DNA of 21,586 bases from the NCBI GenBank assembly GCA_043228905.1, contig JBHGNT010000527.1:1-21586 (forward strand), read 5' to 3'. Numbering within the stretch: position 1 is the stretch's first letter; each line of letters starts with the position of its first letter. The stretch is from Azolla caroliniana. Taxonomy: Eukaryota > Plantae > Polypodiophyta. Below, one piece after another: positions 20,901 through 21,586 of this stretch. Below the pieces are notes generated by a model. It was not told the DNA's origin and ran no database searches. It saw nothing but the letters and a program-made list of their open reading frames with translations. The position numbers and the translations under genes are program-made.

Positions 20901-21586
20901 TTGGGATGGAAAAGAAAGCCTAAATACACAGTTTAATCGAATGGCCAGATTGGGATTGGTAACGGTGGAAGATGGTATATTACAGTCATGTAGGAAAATG
21001 ATGGCCTTTAGGATAGTTAGAAATAAGTTTCATATACCACGGGGATATGGATACATTTGGGAATCAATATTGGCATTGCCTAGATTAGTTTTCCCAATTC
21101 CAATGTTGATGGTTGCGGACCCATGGAAAGATTGGTCGTTTGGTATTGGACAATCAATTTTTGTGGTGAACACTAATGATGTATACCATAAGTTGGTTGA
21201 AGATAGAGCTTGGTTAGCAACCAAGGTACACATGGTATATTACTCGACATGCAAAGTGGTGGGCTAGAGTTTTGGATGCATGATGAAAGTCTCATCTTTC
21301 GTTTCGTGCTAAGGTGTTTCTTTGGTGTGTGATTGTTGGTGGGTTGCCTTTGGTGATGGCTTTAAAACGGCGAAATATTTCAAATGGGACATGTTTTTTT
21401 TGCACGGTGGTTGAGGAAGATTACATGTCCGGTTGCTAAAGCCATTTGGGTGGTTATATCACAAATTTGGGCATCAATAACAGGCAATATTTTGTCACCT
21501 TTTAACTGGGTTTTTATTGATGACGATAAAGGCATGCCTGCACCATCATATAAGGTCATGTTTGACTACCTTAGGTATTGGAGGAT
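17964..21586 (+). pseudogene. LINE ORF2 pseudogene (APE-RT-zinc finger), copy B, 3' end outside window
   Basis: MKIVTWNVRG, GDFN, SRLDRIY, KSPGWDG, QYGFIKGRDI, DIEKAYDHVSW, LRQGCPLSPLLF and LADD (20068-20079). Stops and frameshifts; a short deletion near 21420 removes the zinc-finger His. Confidence 0.95.

Larger units (their letters stand above)
17369..21586 (+). mobile_element. L1-type LINE copy B, 5'-truncated with 5' inversion, runs off the window end
   Basis: Collinear homology to copy A ORF2 from 17964 to the end. 17369-~17885 is ORF1 C-terminal sequence in reverse orientation. Confidence 0.93.

Overview
Eukaryotic, repeat-dense window made almost entirely of nested, mostly decayed transposable elements. 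No host gene, RNA gene or CRISPR array is supportable. The element mix suggests a land plant, possibly a non-seed plant such as a fern or lycophyte (inference only). In order: (1) 1-~4700 (+), a Ty1/copia gag-pol in a single frame with ~19 stops and no frameshift, an unusual ~206-codon in-frame tail after RNase H, and the start of the 3' LTR at 4687. (2) ~5290-10704 (+), a near full-length L1-type LINE (ORF1 plus APE-RT-zinc finger ORF2) between (GA)n tracts. (3) 10920-11920 (-), a 5'-truncated, uninterrupted RTE-X-like LINE 3' end between (GA)n tracts. (4) ~12060-14100, purine-rich degenerate repeat DNA holding a 502-bp hAT-type MITE and a 237-bp tandem duplication. (5) ~14105-17295 (-), a Tcn1-like Ty3/gypsy element with a putative -1 frameshift signal and a 620-bp solo LTR inserted in gag. 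(6) 17369-21586, a second, diverged copy of the L1-type family with a twin-priming-type 5' inversion, again abutting (GA)n. The best candidate for something undescribed is this LINE family: both copies carry LADD instead of (Y/F)ADD at the RT active site, an atypical endonuclease motif, and (GA)n at their junctions.
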